Shown: positions 11,151 to 23,745 of the stretch, in pieces
Layout: the number at the start of each line of letters is the position of its first letter
Numbering within the stretch: position 1 is the first letter of the stretch
Assembly: GCF_963506605.1 (NCBI RefSeq)
Contig: NC_083277.1
Span: 63,984,001-64,048,000 of the forward strand
Reading direction: 5' to 3'
Source of the DNA: Zootoca vivipara
Taxonomy: Eukaryota
DNA length: 64,000 nucleotides
Made by a program: the position numbers and the translations under genes
Notes under the pieces: model-generated
Databases searched by the model: none
Told to the model about the DNA's origin: nothing
What the model saw: the letters and a program-made list of their open reading frames with translations, nothing else

Positions 11151-11716
11151 AGCAAAGCAATAAATGAGTGAGAATATACAGTGCTTCCCTTCGGCGATGA
11201 GAAACTGCAGCACTCTCCCCACACACTTTGAATTTAAAGGGAGGCCACTGGTTTCTTTAACAAAGAAATCTGTCTACATTTTACTTCTGTGTGGGGGAGA
11301 GGAAAGGAAGCTGCTTGATTTCCAAAGAAGAAAAAGTAAGGCAAAACAAAAACACAACAATCAACAAACCAAACAAAGAAAAATGTTCAGACGTGGGACG
11401 TTGCTATGGGAATCTATACTTCTGCTGGTTTACCTGTCAAAAGTTGCCTGCACACATGCAAATCTTATTTTAAATAGCAGTTCTCACACTTTTAAAGAAG
11501 GGGATGAACCCAAAATAATTTTACTTTGAGTCTTTTTGTCAGATATATGTATGGACTCAGCTATGTATCTGCAGATAAAATGTTTTAAGTGTGTTTAAAG
11601 TTCAATATACAAGATGGCGATAGTGAGCCTTATGGAAAATTCAATGACTTTTAAAAATGCTTTTAAAAAACCATTTTTAGAACATTTTCAGAATGTGTGT
11701 AAATTCCACCTACGTG

Positions 11717-11891
11717 AACATAGAAAGCTGTCTTATTCTGAGTCCATCCCGCTCAGTATTCTCTACACAGACTGGAGGCAGCTCTCTAAGATTTCAGACA
11801 GGATTTGAGAAAGCTCTACCTGGAAATGTCAGGAATCGAACATGGGACATTCTGCATGCTATGAAGACTCTCCACCAGTGAGCTATGTCCC
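11717..11891 (-). mobile_element. Degenerate tRNA-derived SINE (family of 23555-23745)
   Basis: GGAATCGAAC (B-box, minus strand)...CCAGTGAGCTA (A-box), with a CR1-like tail GCTGTCTTATTCTGAGTC. Confidence 0.55.
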
Positions 11892-11984
11892 TAGTACCCC
11901 ATTCATCTGCTCACTGACTTTAATTTTCCTCTCTGTAGCACCCATATCCTTTGCAGGCCATTTGACATGCAGCTCTTTCACATC

Positions 11985-12607
11985 TTTGGTGATCACTCAT
12001 AGCCAAGTAAGATTATCTTCCATGAACACAGTCTTAACAGTAAGCCCATAAGTGACTATGTAGGCCAATTATGGATCCACACGTCCTTCCACAGTGGGGA
12101 CATAGGTTTCTGGGAGGGAGTTATCATGGTGAGGGTTTGCCAAACGTGTTCTCTTAGCGTGTTTCTCCCTTTTGTCCCGAGTTTGAGCATCTTCAAAATC
12201 CATGACACCTTTGGTAAAGGCTATTCTCCAATTTGAGACTAGTATTTCCCGGTTGTCGGCATAGCTGCCAAGTTATCCCTTTTTTTAAGGGATTTTCCCT
12301 TATGCTGAATAGGCTTCCTCACGAGAAAAGGGAAAACTTGGCAGCTATGGTTGTCGGTGTTTATACTACATTTTTAAAGATTTGCCTTAAGAGAGTCTTT
12401 AAACCACCAGCTTGTTGACCACCAGCATTACGCTTTCCATTTTTAAGTTCGGAATAAAGTAGTTGCTTTGGAAGATGATAATCAGGCATCCGAACAACAT
12501 GACCAGTCCAACAAAGTTGAATCATTGCTTCAACACTGGTGATCTTTGCTTCTTCCAGTACACGGGCATTAGTTTGCCTGTCTTCCCAAGTGATATGTAA
12601 CACTTTC
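11985..12607 (-). mobile_element. RTE-clade LINE (non-BovB) 3' fragment
   Basis: ORF 12361-12609(-) WEDRQTNARVLEEAKITSVEAMIQLCWTGHVVRMPDYHLPKQLLYSEL, the RTE ORF C-terminal motif. Interrupted by the MITE at 12260. Confidence 0.8.
12260..12349. mobile_element. 90-bp hAT MITE (second copy)
   Basis: Same TIRs as 9475-9564. Perfect TSD GTTGTCGG at 12252-12259 and 12350-12357. Confidence 0.9.
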
Positions 12608-12662
12608 ACATATGGGTCCCCAACCCCACCGACACTTTGTTCTGTCCTTTAGATGGATAGCT

Positions 12663-12795
12663 GGATAGCTTAGTTGGTTAGAGTGTGGAGCCAAGCCAAG
12701 ATTGCAGGTTCGATCCCTGTAAAGAACAACTACATATTCCTGTATTGCAGGGATTGGACTAGATGATCCTCATGGGCCCTTCCAACTCTATGATT
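12663..12795 (+). mobile_element. tRNA(Ile)-derived SINE with CR1-like tail
   Basis: TAGCTTAGTTGGTTAGAG...GCAGGTTCGATCCC...TTGGACTAGATGATCC...CCTTCCAACTCTATGATT. Confidence 0.75.
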
Positions 12796-13256
12796 GTAGG
12801 AGATAAAAAGATAAAAACCATGTTCTATCAGGTCAACATTCATCTGAGTAGGCCACTAGTCAGACTGTCTCCAACAGCAGCCAACCAGAACTCACTGGCT
12901 CTGGGAGGAAGTCAAAATGTGAACACTTTCATATCCATGCCACATTTTATTTCTGAAGCTCAGAGTTTGGCTTTTAGAAACGCTCCCCTTCTGCTTCAGT
13001 GACTGCTGATTGCTGATGACGAGCGGAGGGGAACACAACGGGAGACATTGCTATGAAACGCCTCTGCCGGATGAAACGATGATGGTGAGACAGTAGGGAT
13101 TATTTTATGAGGCAGGTGGTGTCGAGGCCTAGCCTGTCAGCCATGACAGAAAAGATAAAATGAGAGTTATTCAGACCGCCACATGTATTTCCGAGCATGT
13201 GAGTCATGGGAGATATGCTGTCTCCCCCAATATCTGAAACAATCCTAGCTATTTAA

Positions 13257-13399
13257 GGGCTCATCCACACGTCTGTTTGGTCCACGACTTCTTGTCCTGC
13301 TGCTGCCCCCAGGAAAACCCTCTGTTCACTGCTGAATCGGAACAAATGTCAGTCAGGTGCCAAATGGAAGAAATAATGAGACGAAGTGTGCATGAGCCC
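13257..13399. mobile_element. PIF/Harbinger-like MITE
   Basis: TIRs GGGCTCATCCACAC / GTGTGCATGAGCCC (1 mismatch), flanked by TAA and TGA. Confidence 0.6.
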
Positions 13400-13639
13400 T
13401 GAGTCTGCAGACACTGGAAGAGGCAGCGACTAACTAGCACTGAAAGGAAGACTTCTTCTCTGAAGGGGGTCTAGCAGATCTATATTGCATGGTCAGATAT
13501 GCATTGCCCGAAAAAGAAAAAGAGAGTTTGCATCACACAAGAGAACAGCGATTTGTATAAAATGTGCATGTGGTGATTTACATCTGCAGATGCAAATTTA
13601 AAATCATTGCTATAATTTAAATGGAAATAAAATATATCT

Positions 13640-14010
13640 TTTTTGAATTATGGTGCTGGAGGAGACTCTTGAGAGTCCCATGGACTGCTAGAAGATCAAA
13701 CCTATCCATTCTTAAGGAAATCAGCCCTGAGTGCTCCCTGGAAGGACAGATCGTGAAGCTGAGGCTCCAATACTTTGGCTACCTCATGAGAAGAGAAGAA
13801 TCCTTGGAAAAGACCCTGATGTTGGGAAAGATTGAGGGCACTAGGAGAAGGGGACGACAGAGGACAAGATGGTTGGACAGTGTTCTCGAAGCTACGAACA
13901 TGAGTTTGACCAAACTGCGGGAGGCAGTGCAAGACAGGAGTGCCTGGCGTGCTATGGTCCATGGGGTCACGAAGAGTCGGACATGACTAAACGACTAAAC
14001 AACAACAACA
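13640..14010 (+). mobile_element. BovB LINE, 5'-truncated
   Basis: FELWCWRRLLRVPWTARRSN...WRAMVHGVTKSRT and (CAA)n tail. TSD AAAATATATCT at 13629-13639 and 14011-14021. Confidence 0.92.
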
Positions 14011-15469
14011 AAAATATATCTCACCATAGTAAGGAAGACGCCAGGCTCAGACTTCTGACCATGTGTTGCTAAATGCTGATGGTCACCTTCAAGGCTTCTC
14101 ATCTCCCTTTTGATGCTTCCTTATCTTTTAGCCAAACTTGGACTGGTCAAACCTCAAGTAGAGGACACCTTCATAATACCATCCTCTGTAAATGAAGCCA
14201 CAGGGCCACCATAGATCTAAATGACTGTAAGTGCCAAATGCTGGGTATCAAATCCCTAGTGTTTGGAATAATGTGAGCCAGGACTCAGCTAGCCTGTTTT
14301 AAAATGCCAGGGATTAGGCCTTAGGGCAGGAAGCAGAATATTTATCTACTTAAATTATTTGTACAGAGTTTTCCAAAGACAGGAATTGCAAAATAAATAA
14401 ATAAATTGCAAATAAATAAATAAATAAATGGACAAATCCGTTTCTTTGTTAATGTAAGTATCTGGTTTGTTATGTAATCTTGGGGCACAGTTTTACCATA
14501 GAAACTAAGCAGCTGTAGAAACTTCTGGAGACATGTCTTTCTCCCTGCTCCGTCACGTCCCCTGGCTGGAAGTGATGTTATTCAGGTCTCTGCATGAAAG
14601 AGAACAAAAGAAACAGTCTGGAAACTGGAAGGGAAAGAGATAGAGGCCTGGCTCACTTCCCATGAGGGAATCCAAGTTTATGGCTTTGGTGGTGCCCCTA
14701 GAAACCTAATGTGGGGAGCAAGAAATGTCGGAGTGTTTATACATTGAATCTTCCATTTTATGCTCAGCCTAGCTATATGTGTAAATCATAGAATTGCCAT
14801 AAACTTCCAAGGAAACCAAACTCAAGGTATGAGCTGGAACACTTGAAACCTCTCGCTGCTCAGATATTGTACTACTGAAGTACTTGTGGCTGTCCCTTTG
14901 AACAACTTCTAACACTAGACAGATTACCAGGAACTTCCAGACTTCATGACTCAACAGACTACTGTCAACTCTCTGAACTTCCACAGAGACTACCATCTGT
15001 TTTCTGCTGTTGGCATTTACCACCCAAGCTACTCTGGAAAGGGTAACGCTTTGCATGTGATTTCATATGCAGAACAAGCCCTTGTTTTTAAACTGTTAAA
15101 TAAGCATAGCCAAATCAAAGCTGTTCTGGTGACTGCATTAAGGTGAGAAGACACTGCATTCAATTTGCACTCAAAGATGCCTTGAACTGAAAACCCAGCG
15201 GGACGTCTCTGCCCTTCTCAATCAAACATTAATTTCACTGATGAGATATTCAGGAGATCAGCCCTCTCCTGAACAGGCTCTCAGCCTCTGAGCCTTTCAG
15301 CAAGACCAGACAGCTCAAAGAGGCCAATATTATAGCATATCAATACTGATTAACCACTCTAAGCAAAAGAATAACACCGCCATCCCTATAACATTACTGA
15401 AGCCCGATTTTCCGTATCCTGCATTTTCTTTTTATTGGAGCATTTTTTGCATGGAATAGGGTAAGTTCT

Positions 15470-16200
15470 CAAGGTCAGTGGCAATACCAATGGGGACAAT
15501 GGGGACAAATGCAGAAGGATTGGTCCAAGGTTGGGCTCCAATGCAGAGCCTGGAACAATGGGCCAGGCAAGGTGAGGGCAGCCCAGGGTCATGTTACAAT
15601 TGGTCCATGGGCAAATAAAGGTATAGGCAAGCAACAAGTCAAAGGCAACCTGTGGTCAGGTTCAAAACTGGGAGGGGATCAGGACAGCAGGCAAAGCATA
15701 GCACTAGTAATAAGACAGCACTCCCAGCCTTGCACTGGTTTTTTTTAGCTGGAGCTACTGGAAACCATATGCTGACCTCAGCTGTCGTCATCCAGATGTT
15801 TTTACTCCCTAGAAGACTTTTACTCTGGAGGTTTCATTGCCTGCAGTTGAGCACTTTTCCGAATGGGGTGGGTTTCTTTCTGGCAGTTGAGGTGTCATCT
15901 CTCCCTCAGGTTTGGGGCTTGTTCTGCCTCAGTGTCAGAGGCCTAACTCCAAGGCCTCATATAAGGATCCTGACTCTTCAACCCCAGATTGAGCCTAATC
16001 CAAGGTCTAGTGATTACCAGGTCGTCCTCAGAGGAGGAATCTTCCAGCTGAGACATGGCAGTAGGGGAACAGTCAGGAGATTTCTGAAGCTACTATAGAT
16101 GTGCATGCAGCTTTAAGTCTGCGTTGTCTGGTGGTGCTGAAGAGCTTCTTGTGCTCTGAAGAGGGAAGTCTGCTTGGAATTCAGGTCCATTTCATTTGAT
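15470..16200. mobile_element. Possible degenerate Gypsy-type LTR-derived sequence
   Basis: General resemblance only (CAGGCAAG/GGTCAGG-rich tract followed by TTTTAGCTG...CAGCTG). No clear termini found. Confidence 0.25.
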
Positions 16201-16350
16201 TAAATTCTTTAGGAACACAGTTCCTTTTCCTCAAACACAATGTCCTCAACCATTACTGGAAAAAATAAAAACAAGGGAACACAGGAGCTAGTGGACTCAG
16301 CTATACAGCTGCAAATAAAACATTTTAAATGAGTTGTAAAGTGCAATATA

Positions 16351-16708
16351 GGGACCCAGGTGGCACTGTGGGTTAAAGCACAGAGTCTAGGGCTTGCTGA
16401 TCAGAAGGTCGGCGGTTCGAATCCCTGCAACAGGGTGAGCACCCGTTGTTCGGTCCCAGCTCCTGCCAACCTAGCAGTTCGAAAGCACATCAAAGTGCAA
16501 GTAGATAAATAGGGACCGCTCCGGCGGGAAGGTAAACGGCGTTTCCGTGCGCTGCTCTGGTTCGCCAGAAGCAGCTTTGTCATGCTGGCCACATGACCCG
16601 GAAGCTGTCTGTGGACAAACGCTGGCTCCCTTGGCCTATAGAGCGAGATGAGCGCCGCAACCCCAGAGTCGGACACGACTGGACCTGATGGTCAGGGGCC
16701 CCTTTACC
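16351..16708 (+). mobile_element. Sauria SINE, full length
   Basis: Canonical head and tail. 14-bp TSD TAAAGTGCAATATA at 16337-16350 and 16709-16722. Confidence 0.92.
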
Positions 16709-17111
16709 TAAAGTGCAATATACAAATGTGACACTAAATGGCAATAGTGAGCTATGCTAAATTTAATGTATTTTTCAAAACGGTTTTTTAAAAAAGCATT
16801 TTAACAACATTGTTTATATGTGTGTAGATTCCACCAGTAATACTTCCTGCTCCTCTGAACAGAACGTGACAGCTGTGCTATTATTTTTCTGCCCATAACA
16901 TATGAATGAAGTTCTGTTGAGAACAGGTGAAGAAAAGCATGTTGGGCTGATAAGAACCACAAAGGTGTGACAGCTTATGAAAGGAAAATGCTACTCTCCC
17001 ACAAAATTAAAGCCACCTTTATTCCGATAGGTCAAGAGTTTCAATGTGTATATGTCTGAAGTAAAATTGGTGCTTCCTTTTGTGCTGCTGAATGCATGAC
17101 GCAAATGACAG

Positions 17112-17430
17112 AAGAAGAAGAAGAAGAAGAAGAAGAAGAAGAAGAAGAAGAAGAAGAAGAAGAAGAAGAAGAAGAAGAAGAAGAAGAAGAAGAGTTTGGA
17201 TTTGATATCCCACTTTATCACTACCCAAAGGAGTCTCAAAGCGGCTAACATTCTCCTTTCCCTTCCTCCCCCACAACAGACACCCTGTGAGGTAGGTGGG
17301 GCTGAGAGACTTCAAAGAAGTGTGACTAGCCCAAGGTCACCCAGCAGCTGCATGTGGAGGAGCGGAGACGCGAACCCGGTTCCCCAGATTACAAGTCTAC
17401 CGCTCTTAACCACTACACCACACTGGCTCT
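17112..17430 (-). mobile_element. tRNA-derived SINE (Squam3-like) with long (CTT)n tail
   Basis: Minus-strand head AGAGCCAGTGTGGTGTAGTGGTTAAGAGC...GGTTCGCG. (GAA)n at 17111-17192. TSD TGA(C/T)GCAAATGACAG at 17097-17111 and 17431-17445. Confidence 0.85.
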
Positions 17431-19619
17431 TGATGCAAATGACAGTACTGTAGTTGTAAATTCATACGTATGTTTAACCCAGTGGGTCAAAGAGCAGTTT
17501 TGGGAAGATGATTTAGATCAGGAAAGCTATATGAATGGAGAGGGCTTTTAAAAAAACCAACACTTCCCCCAGCACAACTGCTCCAATCAAAATGGGAGCG
17601 CTTTGCAAAAATGGGATCCCTTTCTAAAAATAAACATTTCAGGAACAGAAGTTCAATCACAGATTTTCCGTGTCTCTCAGGTAGTTTGGAAACGACTCAG
17701 TGAATGTTAGTGGCTGCAATCAAGCATAAAGTAAGCATCCTCTGTCCTGTAGATTTCAATGGCCTTCAGTTCACCCAACTGTGTGTGCTGGATTGTGATA
17801 TGTAGGCTTGTTTCGGTAATACTCTGAAGCATCTCATAGTTAGCAAGCTCTATCATTTATCATATAACTTAAACTCAAAATTAGGACTAGAAACAGCTGA
17901 ACTCTTTCTCCTGTCCTCCGCCAAATCTATTTTCATCAATATTAGGCCCAAGGGAAAGATTAATAGTCTGACAAGTGTATCTAATATTGTTTCTGGCACT
18001 TAAAGAACCTCAAAATAGATGCAAGATAGTGGAAGGAGATAATACAAGCGATGCTGGTTCAAACCTAATGATCCTTTTCCTCCGTTGAAAGCCAGATTAC
18101 AGAAGTTAGTATGCGATACCAAATTTGGCAAGAGGGTTTTTTCCTTGGGTTTTATTTTTTTACAAAGCAGGGCATCAGCTAGTCCCAAAGTCTACATTGT
18201 TCATCACTGAATCACAGACAAGATAATCCCTTGTAGATAAAGCACTGAAATAATTACAAATCATGCCCAGGCAAAAATGTATTTGCCTTGGCTTAAATTA
18301 GTAATAATAATCAAAAGATACATGCCTAATCTCAGTAGAAGTTGCTGGCCATCTGTGACCTCTGTTTGGCAGAATTATTTCTTTCATTAACATATATTAA
18401 AAGAACTGATCTTGTCTCCTGATATGGTATTCGTATTACTGCAGGTCCTTTATGAAAAACACAAGACTTATTTATTTCTTTGTGTTCTAGCTTTATCCAG
18501 CCTCTCATGGGCTGTGAGACATATGCTCTCTTACATTGTTTGCTTGGAAGGAAATGGAAGAAATATCCAATTTGCAGTGCAAACACTTAGCGATTGATTC
18601 AGTTCAAGACTTAAAGCATGGTGGACCACATACATTTAACAAAATAATAATTATAATCATAATAAAATAGTTTTTAGCTCTTGTTTGCATATTTTATATG
18701 TATCTTTTCCTAGCACATTTCACGAATTGCAGATCAAGAATATCTACTGCAGTTCTGGAGTTGAGGGAGACTATCAATTTGTTAGTAGCAGGTTTGGAGA
18801 ATAACAAATCCAAAATGAAAAACTTAAAGAGGATTCCATTTCCAGATTTGAGGTTGTTTTGGGCAGATGTACTCAACAAAGAGAAAAGTCTATTGTTAGC
18901 ATTATTAAATGTATATAGAATTCTTTCTCGTCTTGGAATATTCTGACTTCCAGTTAATTTCCCAAATCCTCTACAACACATTTCTGTTAGCATTCCTGTA
19001 GTTGGAAAGCCTGCAATCTTCAAGCAGCTGTACATTGATTATGGACATATAGTTCTTCATTTCAATCTAATAAAATGATATACGGTATATGGAAAGTCTC
19101 TGGTAAAAGATGTGGAAGCCAGTGAATAATAGAGGGACAGTACAACCTACTTAGAAGGTAGAGACAAAGAGAGCAAACATTTTGCTTATTTATAGTGAGA
19201 TGTGAGCAAAGATGGTGTCATTGGGGGCATGAATTTTGGTGTAATGGCAAGGGGGCTGGTGTTGGGTGTAGACTCAAATCCCTGCTTGGCTATGGAACTT
19301 ACTATCTGTTAGCTTTTTGAAAGAGGTTGAGGGTGCAGGTATAAATTTAAAAATACCCATTCATTGCTATAACAGTAGAAAATTTCCCATTTCTAAGAGT
19401 GTTTTGGCATAGAAGTAAACACCCTTCCAATTTTGGATACAGTAATGAAGCTTTGTTTTTGTTTTGTTTTTTAAAAAATGAAAATCTCTCTCTCTCTCTC
19501 TCTCTGCCCAGACACAAGGGAGATACAGTAGCAGAGGAAGGTGGGAGGAATTACTCCAGCAACATATTCATTCATAGCACCATCTCCTTATTGTTGTACA
19601 TCCAGCTGCTTTGTATATA

Positions 19620-19820
19620 CAGTGGTACCTCGGGTTACAGGTTACAGATTCCGCTAACCCAGAAATAGTACCTCGGGTTAAGAACTTCAGGATGAGAACA
19701 GAAATCGCGCGGCGGCAGCGGGAGGCCCCATTAGCTAAAGTGGTACCTCAGTTTAAGAACAGTTTCAGGTTAAGAACGGACCTCCGGAGCGAATTAAGTT
19801 CTTAACCCGAGGTACCACTA
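19620..19820. mobile_element. Tigger/pogo (Tc1-mariner superfamily) MITE
   Basis: TIRs CAGTGGTACCTCGGGTTA / TAACCCGAGGTACCACT(A), TA on both sides. Confidence 0.85.
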
Positions 19821-20749
19821 TAATGTCAAATAACAAAACCTTTGGCTAGCTCATAGGAAACTCATTTGCTTCCCTGTCCGTCACAGCTGAGAGAAAGCTC
19901 TGATCCATTATAGATGTGGCTGAACACACTACTTTGACAAGCACTAGTGAGTATGAAATAGCTCTGTGAAATGTTTATGCATGAATCAAAATAGTTTCCA
20001 CTCCTTTAAGCCTCTTTTAAAAAAGAAACACAATAGTACTCTGTGAGTCTGAGGAAGATGCATGGCCATGCAAATGGAATGTGGAGTACAGAGCCCTTGC
20101 GTGCATTGCTTCTGACATCAACCTGACCCCCTCAGAAACAAATAGAACATCCCCAGTCATTTTGGTGGAAGTGAAACATAGTCCTTGGCCAAGGGGGACA
20201 GGAATTATTATATGGGGGTGGTGGTTTTTTATGTGTGTGCTTTTATGTATATATGTGTGTGTGTTATTTATGTGTTTACAGCCAAGAAATTATACTATGT
20301 ACAATCTTAATGCAGATTAATCACTTGGGATTTACCTGCATAGAGCCTGTGCATGTACAAACTGTACGTACGACAAACCTGTATACACAGGGTCAGGGTG
20401 TTCCTGTGACACCCCACATTGTGGAAATGATTCAGCGGAGGTTTAATAGGAGGCAGGTGCATGAAGGTTATTGAGATGGTGGTTCAACGGCAGCAGCCAC
20501 AACTAGCAGCTGAGCCAAATGCTAGAGTATAATATGAGTGGGGGGAAAGTATGACCCTCATCTTGTGCCTGATAAAAGAACATCCCTTTTTTTCTTTCAA
20601 TGTGTTTTTATTGATTTTCAAAAGACGGATAAAAAAACATCTAACATCCACGGAACTTGTCAGCATACTGCTTCCTTCAAGGTCTTAACATGAAGGAAGC
20701 CAGCTAACTGCATATAGAAATTTAAAGAAATTGCACAGGCTGATATTTT

Positions 20750-21049
20750 TATGGAGCAAATGTCTTTTCTGCTGCTCAAGAGGGTAGAACCTGAATCAAT
20801 GGATTCAAATTACAATAAAGGAGATCCCGACTAAAAGTAAGGAAGAACTTTCTGACAGTAAGAGCTGTTTGAGAGTGGAATGGAATACCCCAGAAGATGA
20901 TGGACTCTCCTTCCTTGAAGGTTTTTAAGCAGAGGTTAGATGGCTATCTGTCAAGGATTCTTTAGCTGAGATTCCTGCATTGCAGGGGTTTGGACTAGAT
21001 GGTCCTTGAGGTCACTTCCAGCTCTACAAGTCTATGATTTTATGATTCT
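20750..21049 (+). mobile_element. CR1 LINE 3' end
   Basis: AGGAAGAACTTTCTGACAGTAAGAGCTG...GGTTTTTAAGCAGAGGTTAGATGG...TTGGACTAGATG with an ATTCTATG-like tail. Confidence 0.85.
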
Positions 21050-22210
21050 TCTCTGAGAAACATAGCTGAATCCACAGGTCATGCACCAGGCACCCAAACT
21101 AGTAGGAAAACGAGGGAAGTTGGGGAGAGGGTAGGGGGTAGGGGGGAGATTAAAATGTATAAGGCAGAGATTTGCTTCCCTGGAAGATCTAGCTTTGTGA
21201 GAAGTGAAACAATGAGAATTCTAGAAACGCCTATGAGAATGCCTAGATGTTGATGTAAATATGCAATTTGTATCACCGGGTATTCCCTAACCCAGGGAAA
21301 AGGAGCTTGTGGCTGGATTTCACTTTCCTCCATCTCTGACTGTGGCGATGATGCTGGCTGTGGCTGATAGGGAATTCTTCCACATCTGTAGGGCCTTACA
21401 CAGAGTATGTATGGGTTTCTCTTACAGTATCTGCTTGTGCCAAGTACTGCCAAGGATTCCTGGCAATTGGCAGCCACCATTAATATGATAGCCTTTCTAA
21501 AGAATGGCCTGCCTCCCATTGATTTGTGTATGGGAAAGCTGTGTTTTGTTTTGTGGCCTTTACAAGATGGGAACAAATGAATGCAAACAACAGAAAGAAT
21601 GAAGAGACTGGAGAAATTAATTTGGCCTGGCAGCATACAACAGAGTTGGAGAGCTAGCTCACAGCAGGAGCCAGGAGGGCTCGGGATCAGAGTTTTGCAA
21701 TAGGTCTCACTGGAGCAAGTCTCTCTTAATAAGTTTCTTTCCTTTTGCTTTCCAGAACTTTACCCTTGCAGAACTAATAGTCTGACACAGTATGGCAAAT
21801 TCTATACTCAGTGCTTAGGGGAAAAGATAGCACCTTTCCCCTAATCCCTCAGATTTGAAAATCCTTCCTCCAATAACTGATTAATGAAATCTGCCTTGCA
21901 ATTACTCAGGTCTGAAAGAAAATGCACTCTGAGCCTCATGAAGGAAACTTCCATATAATTTTGCTTGATAGGTTCAATAATTGAGCCTTGGCACCAGAAA
22001 TTGATTCTGGGGCAAAGTAAGTCCTGTCTTATTGTTTTATATAGTCAGGAGTTGCAAATATAGTTCTCTTTTCCTCTCTCTCTTTCTTCCTCTATGTTAA
22101 GAAGGTATGAGAAGTCTTATTTTTCCATTTGGGAGAAATTCATTTTCTACCTGGTTGAGCACAGGCTTCAAATGACGCAAGTGACAGGCCGTTAAGAGTG
22201 CGGTGGCAAT

Positions 22211-23354
22211 AGTAAATGGCAACCCCCTACCCTCTCCGGGGGTTACGGAGAGGGGCCGCTGGCCCGCGATGCCCCCAGACCCACTCCGACTGTTTTTGGA
22301 GTGGGGGGAGCTTGGGCTGAGCACTTACGACGGCCAGGACTCCCGGACGCTAATCTGCATGGCGGGGATTTCCATGGTTAAAGAAGATAATTAGGCTTAA
22401 ATCTATGGACATACTTCAGAAGGAGGGGAAGAAGCGCTGTTTACTGCTGAGAATTTTATGCTGCTGAGCGAGAGGAGTCAAAGAATGTACGGCATCTGGA
22501 AGAAGGATTGATGGGGACGGAGCGATAAGGGAAGCAAGTTTTTATTTTTTCTTCATATTGTTGCCTCGTATCTTCCCGGACGCGATGTCCTGGCTTGTTT
22601 GGAGTGAAAGAGAAGCAAAAGACTGTGTGAGTTGAACTTTATAGCTGTTGTTACTGAGCATATTTCTTAAAGATGTGAAGTTGCCGAGGAGAAAAGCCCC
22701 CCCCTAGTCAGACGGAAGGAGTTCTGGACGCGTTCGGAGGATTTATGAGCTGTGACGCACTTTAAATTGGAGCAGCGACCTGAAGCTAAGTTCAGCTATA
22801 GGGCAAGGAGATCCATTAATTTACCAAGAGTTCATGGTTGGATGTTTGGGTCTCCTGCCTGAAAAAGCTGTAAATTCTATAAAGATAAATAAATCGTAAA
22901 TCTTCATGGCTATGAGAGAAAATGAAAGTGATTTGAGCCTTTTAAGATGGCGCGGCTACTCCGTCGCAACAGGGAGCTCCACTAAGAAGATTTATGGGGA
23001 GGCTGGACTGATTAACTCACACAGGAGAAAGAACATCTGTGAAACTTCGTTTGACATTTATCTCAGCAGCTGGAACAATCGGATGAAAGTGGAAAACATC
23101 TAGGTGACTGTAAGGGGAAGATTTGGAATATTATGAGCTTGGAGGACGATTTGAACTTTAGAAATAAGACGGCAGTGGACAGTTGCGAGGAATTCCCAAT
23201 TTCTTGAAGCATGGGAACCCAAAAATAAATTATTTAGATGATTTGGCATAACATTCGGTTTGATTGATATATATATGTGTATAATTTGAAATATTGAATG
23301 TGATATAATTGGTTTTAATTGGAAAATTAATAAAAATATTTTTTTTTAAAAAAA
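22211..23354 (+). mobile_element. Non-coding L1-type retroelement (1.14 kb)
   Basis: 17-bp TSD AAGAGTGCGGTGGCAAT at 22194-22210 and 23355-23371, at a TT|AAGA endonuclease-type site. AATAAA at 23329-23334, then a T/A tail. CpG-rich 5' end. No ORF over 75 aa. Confidence 0.8.
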
Positions 23355-23554
23355 AAGAGTGCGGTGGCAATCAAGCCTCTCTTGATGGCAAAGTTAAAAA
23401 TATGCTTCTCTGCCTGTCATAGTCTCAAAAAAAAATTTTTTTTTAAAAAAAGAAGTGGTATAGGCTGGGTTTTTTAATGCATGTTATGAATCCAGTGGAA
23501 ATATTGTGTCATGGGATGAGGCGGGGCATATAGGTTATTTCTCTCTCCTGAGAG

Positions 23555-23745
23555 GGGAGGGTGTAACTCAGTGGCAGAGCAACTGCTTTGCATAATGAAG
23601 GTCCCAGGTTCCGTTCCCCCACATCTCCAGGGAGGGGCCTGGGAGACAGCCCTGCTTGAAACGCTGGAGAGTCATTGCCAGTCAGCATGGCAATGCTGAG
23701 ATGGAGGGACTAATGGATAGGCTCAATATATGGTGGATTCCTATA
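23555..23745 (+). mobile_element. tRNA(Ala)-like-head SINE
   Basis: TAACTCAGTGGCAGAGCA..TGCTTTGCAT..GAAGGTCCCAGGTTCCG head; body CTGGAGAGTCATTGCCAGTCAG. Confidence 0.65.

Noticed and set aside
13013-13060. CTGATGA...GAAAC in a mildly CpG-rich tract
   Set aside because: No stem II or stem I pairing. The tract could be a conserved non-coding element, but I cannot support that from sequence alone.
13621-13986. Repeated ~120-aa ORFs (also 35985, 38639, 51808) that look like a gene family
   Set aside because: All are the C-terminus of the BovB ORF in 5'-truncated copies with tails, most with TSDs. They are not host genes.
16991-17315. Homopolymer-rich ORFs (poly-F/L/S/E/C; also 34176-34575, 51161-51482)
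   Set aside because: Translations of trinucleotide microsatellites.
18694-19035. Overlapping ORFs with faint L1 ORF1 resemblance (GLENNKSKMKNLKRIPFP)
   Set aside because: The similarity is too weak to call without a profile search, and I found no termini or TSD.
21079-21636. Long unassigned ORFs (also 29528-30079, 57105-57722, 63138-63605)
   Set aside because: No recognisable domains or exon signals. 57105-57722 is antisense to the L1 fragment.
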